Source: Candidatus Latescibacterota bacterium (GTDB lineage: Bacteria > Latescibacterota > CBDEFO01). Taken from it: DNA of 64,000 nt. A program made the position numbers and the translations under genes. Shown here piece by piece: positions 61,132-64,000 of the stretch. Within the stretch, counting starts at the first letter, position 1, and each line of letters opens with the position of its first letter. A model generated the notes under the pieces. It was not told the origin of the DNA, ran no database searches, and was given only the letters and a program-made list of their open reading frames with translations. The DNA lies in NCBI GenBank assembly GCA_965237525.1, contig CBDEFO010000003.1, forward strand, positions 256,001 through 320,000, given 5' to 3'.

Positions 61132-62650
61132 AAGCCTTGTGAAAAACCCTTAGATTCAGAAAGTAGTATAGAACAAGCATTGATAAAGCAGCTCCGATGT
61201 ATTATATTATGTTATTGATAATATTATATATGGAGGAAACAATGACCCCACAAAAGCAGGAACAGACAAATCCGATGTTTCACTATTTTCAGATGGAGGA
61301 TTTAGTTCCCGAGGATCATATCCTTCGTCAGATTGATGAGGCAGTTGATTTTTCATTTGTACGAGACGTTGTATCAGATTGTTATTGCCCTGACAATGGC
61401 AGACCCGGTATTGATCCTGAATTAGTTGTTCGAATGATCCTTATTGGCTATCTGTATAATTTGAGTGAGAATCGGCTCTGTCAGGAAGTGGGGATGCATG
61501 CGGCATATCGGTTGTTTTGTCATCAGACATTTGAGGATGCGGTTCCGGATAGGAGCACGATCAACAAGCTTCGCAATCACAAGTGGGCATCCAGTGGGTT
61601 GTCTGAACGGATAATGCGTCAGGTAGTCCAGTGTTGCATAGATGTCGGTGTTGTGAGCGGTAAACACCTTAGTGTCGACGGCACTCAGATACAAGCTGAT
61701 GCTTCAGTGAAAAGTATTGAGCCGATAGAACCCCCTGTTTCTCTTGATGATTATCTCAAGGGAATCGGTTTTGAAGGTGATAAGACAAAGGGTAGGTCCG
61801 GGCATCCTCAGGATAAAGACTTTCATGGTGAAAAGTGGACGAACCAAACACACCGTTCGACTACAGACCCCGACGCGCGCTTATACAGCAAATCGAAGGG
61901 CAAAGGGGCTTTTCTCTCGTTTATGGGCCATGATCTGATCGACACAAAAAGCAGAGTAATCCTTGAGACTCAGGGCACGCAGGCGACAGGGACAGCAGAG
62001 CCCGAAAGTGCCCTTAAGATGGTAGATGACCTTGAAACATACACCATGCCCAAAGACATTCAGACACTTAGTGCCGATACCGGTTACGGTTCTGGTAATT
62101 TTATCGCTGATGTACTTGACCGGGGAATCATACCCCATATTCCTCTGCGAGCCGATGAGAAGATTGAACCGATTCCTACATGGAAAAACAAGACAAATCC
62201 AGCACATATTCAGGCCGAACGGGATAGAAAAGTGCGAGAGGCGAAAGCCAGAAATCATGCACGGTCTATCTCATTAACAGCTGACTACAAACTCTCCCGG
62301 AGACTCCGTAAACGCAGTGAACATATCTTTGCTGAAGCCAGGCAACAACACGGTATGGGACGAGCCCGTTACAGAGGACCAGCCTCACTGAATGAACAGT
62401 TGAATCTTGTTGCAACAGTACAGAATCTCAAGAGGCTTGTATCTTTCATAAGAAGGGGGAAAGCGTCTATGTGTGCCCTGTCTGTCAAAGACAGTGCATC
62501 CTGTTCTTCAAACAGCTCCTATTCCTTGCTGACCAGAACTCTGATAAGACTATTTTGCTTATTCCACAGCAAAACGATACGATATGCTACTCTTTGACCC
62601 ATAATCGGCGCTTCAGACGCTGCCTGGGACATAACTATTTCACAAGGCTT
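61132..62650 (+). mobile_element. IS1182-family insertion sequence, copy 2
   Basis: TIRs AAGCCTTGTGAAA / TTTCACAAGGCTT; inverted relative to copy 1. Confidence 0.9.
61242..62597 (+). CDS. IS1182-family DDE transposase
   Basis: Same motifs as copy 1; six amino-acid differences seen by eye. Confidence 0.9.
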   Translation: MTPQKQEQTNPMFHYFQMEDLVPEDHILRQIDEAVDFSFVRDVVSDCYCPDNGRPGIDPELVVRMILIGYLYNLSENRLCQEVGMHAAYRLFCHQTFEDAVPDRSTINKLRNHKWASSGLSERIMRQVVQCCIDVGVVSGKHLSVDGTQIQADASVKSIEPIEPPVSLDDYLKGIGFEGDKTKGRSGHPQDKDFHGEKWTNQTHRSTTDPDARLYSKSKGKGAFLSFMGHDLIDTKSRVILETQGTQATGTAEPESALKMVDDLETYTMPKDIQTLSADTGYGSGNFIADVLDRGIIPHIPLRADEKIEPIPTWKNKTNPAHIQAERDRKVREAKARNHARSISLTADYKLSRRLRKRSEHIFAEARQQHGMGRARYRGPASLNEQLNLVATVQNLKRLVSFIRRGKASMCALSVKDSASCSSNSSYSLLTRTLIRLFCLFHSKTIRYATL

Positions 62651-62673
62651 TTAATGTGATATGAAGAATGTCG

Positions 62674-62950
62674 GTCCAGAGCAAGATTCTTGTGATGGCT
62701 TTTGCTATGTCAGCAGAAATTGAGCGGGACCTGATTTCTCAAAGAACCAAAGAAGCCCTGCGCGTCAAGAAAACTATGGGCATTAAAATGGGGAGGCTGA
62801 AAGAGCCGGGAAAAAGCAAACTGGATCCCTTCAAGACCGAAATCTAGGCACTTCTGCCCTATGGTTCCACCCAGAGATTCATTGCCCAGCATTACCGTAC
62901 CACAGAGGGCAACCTGTACAACTGGATGAAGAAACGAGGAATCAAAAGAT
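62674..62950 (+). pseudogene. C-terminal fragment of a serine recombinase/resolvase
   Basis: QSKILVMAFAMSAEIERDLISQRTKEALR..GR..GKSKLD, internal TAG, then HTH-like QRFIA..LYNW. Confidence 0.8.
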
Positions 62951-63283
62951 CTGCGAGAGGAACAGCGAAGATGAACCTGGGAGAGAAGGCGATGCGTGGA
63001 CAGAGAAAGCGACATGCATCCAAGAACGCAGCCAGACTAGACGCAGTGTCATCATGATCCTATGAGAGTTTACGTGCCTTTGTTGTAATATACCCGACAT
63101 GAACTGACCACATGATAAACATTACCGCTACGTTTTGGAAGGTTTTATTCTTTCTAACGCCTTTAGATATTGCTCACTAACAACAAGAATCCAATCTCTA
63201 ATATCCAATACACAATATGTAGCCCTGGTTTGAGGCGAAGCTTCCCTAGACATTAAGTTGAGGTAAGTTCAAGGACCGAGACA

Positions 63284-64000
63284 ATGACACCACCGAAATA
63301 CATCATGGGCGTCGATGTGGGAGGAACATTCACCGACCTGGTTATCATAGATCAGGATTCGGGAAACGTTTCGATTACTAAAGTGCCTTCCACACCCAGA
63401 GAACTTGTGAACGCGGTTGTCACCGCAGTGGAGCGCAGTGGAGTTGAACCCGGCCAGATTGCTGCGTTTGTGCACGGCACGACGTTGGGCACCAACACCG
63501 TGATTGAACGCAAGGGCGCCGAAGTCGGCCTGATCACCACAAAAGGGTTCAAGGACATTCTGGAAATTCAGAGAGGTGATCGACAGCACCACTATGACCT
63601 GCAATGGGACAAGCCGAAACCGCTGGTGCCACGCTACCTCCGCAGGGACGTACGGGAACGCGTCGACTATCGCGGTCACGTGCTAACGCCGTTGGACGAG
63701 GAAAGTGTGCGAACGGTGGCCCAGTTCATGAAAACCGAAAGCGTGGAGGCCATCGCCATCTGCTTGCTCTTCTCCTTCATGTATCCCAACCATGAACAGC
63801 GTGTGGCAGAGATCGTGCGGGAAATCTACCCAGAAGCGCCGCTTTCCATTTCGTCCCAGGTCATGCCCGAGTTCCGCGAATACGAGCGGACTAGTACGGC
63901 GGTGGTAGATGCCTACATTAAGCCCAAGATGAGTCAATACCTGACTGAGTTAGAGGAGCGTATTGCCGCGTTGGGCGTTCAGTGTACGGTGAGCATTATG
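63284..64000 (+). CDS. hydantoinase/oxoprolinase family protein (HyuA-like), runs off the window end
   Basis: GVDVGGTFTDL, KVPSTP, HGTT.GTN, LITTKGF.D and REYERTST motifs. Confidence 0.92.
   Translation, partial: MTPPKYIMGVDVGGTFTDLVIIDQDSGNVSITKVPSTPRELVNAVVTAVERSGVEPGQIAAFVHGTTLGTNTVIERKGAEVGLITTKGFKDILEIQRGDRQHHYDLQWDKPKPLVPRYLRRDVRERVDYRGHVLTPLDEESVRTVAQFMKTESVEAIAICLLFSFMYPNHEQRVAEIVREIYPEAPLSISSQVMPEFREYERTSTAVVDAYIKPKMSQYLTELEERIAALGVQCTVSIM

Overview
Bacterial chromosomal window, probably from an FCB-superphylum organism. Candidatus Latescibacterota is my best guess, inferred from a C-terminal T-x-V-E-x-x-T-W-G-x-x-K motif and FG-GAP/IPT proteins with dockerin-like tails. The intact core genes are ffh-rpsP-rimM-trmD-rplS, gatB, aroQ-hisC-hisB, a long LPS/surface-glycan cluster, exbB-exbD-tonB, tRNA-Arg(ACG) and the start of a hydantoinase/oxoprolinase. 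Accessory material is interspersed: (1) the G+T-skewed end of a mobile element carrying a frameshifted DNA methyltransferase-HNH fusion; (2) two large frameshifted FG-GAP/IPT-TIG surface proteins, one with a metzincin protease domain; (3) two near-identical, inverted IS1182-family copies; (4) a coupled membrane protein-DGQHR-Dam methylase cassette and an ABC ATPase-TOPRIM-like pair, both candidate defence systems; (5) a branched-chain polyamine synthase-speD-DUF2156 operon; (6) an orphan phage-like annealase under a palindrome-occluded promoter; (7) a 163-bp MITE; (8) a family of ~21-bp palindromes that nest inside each other and sit in-frame within proteins; (9) nested IS debris downstream of the tRNA. 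All family assignments come from motif recognition by eye; no searches were run.
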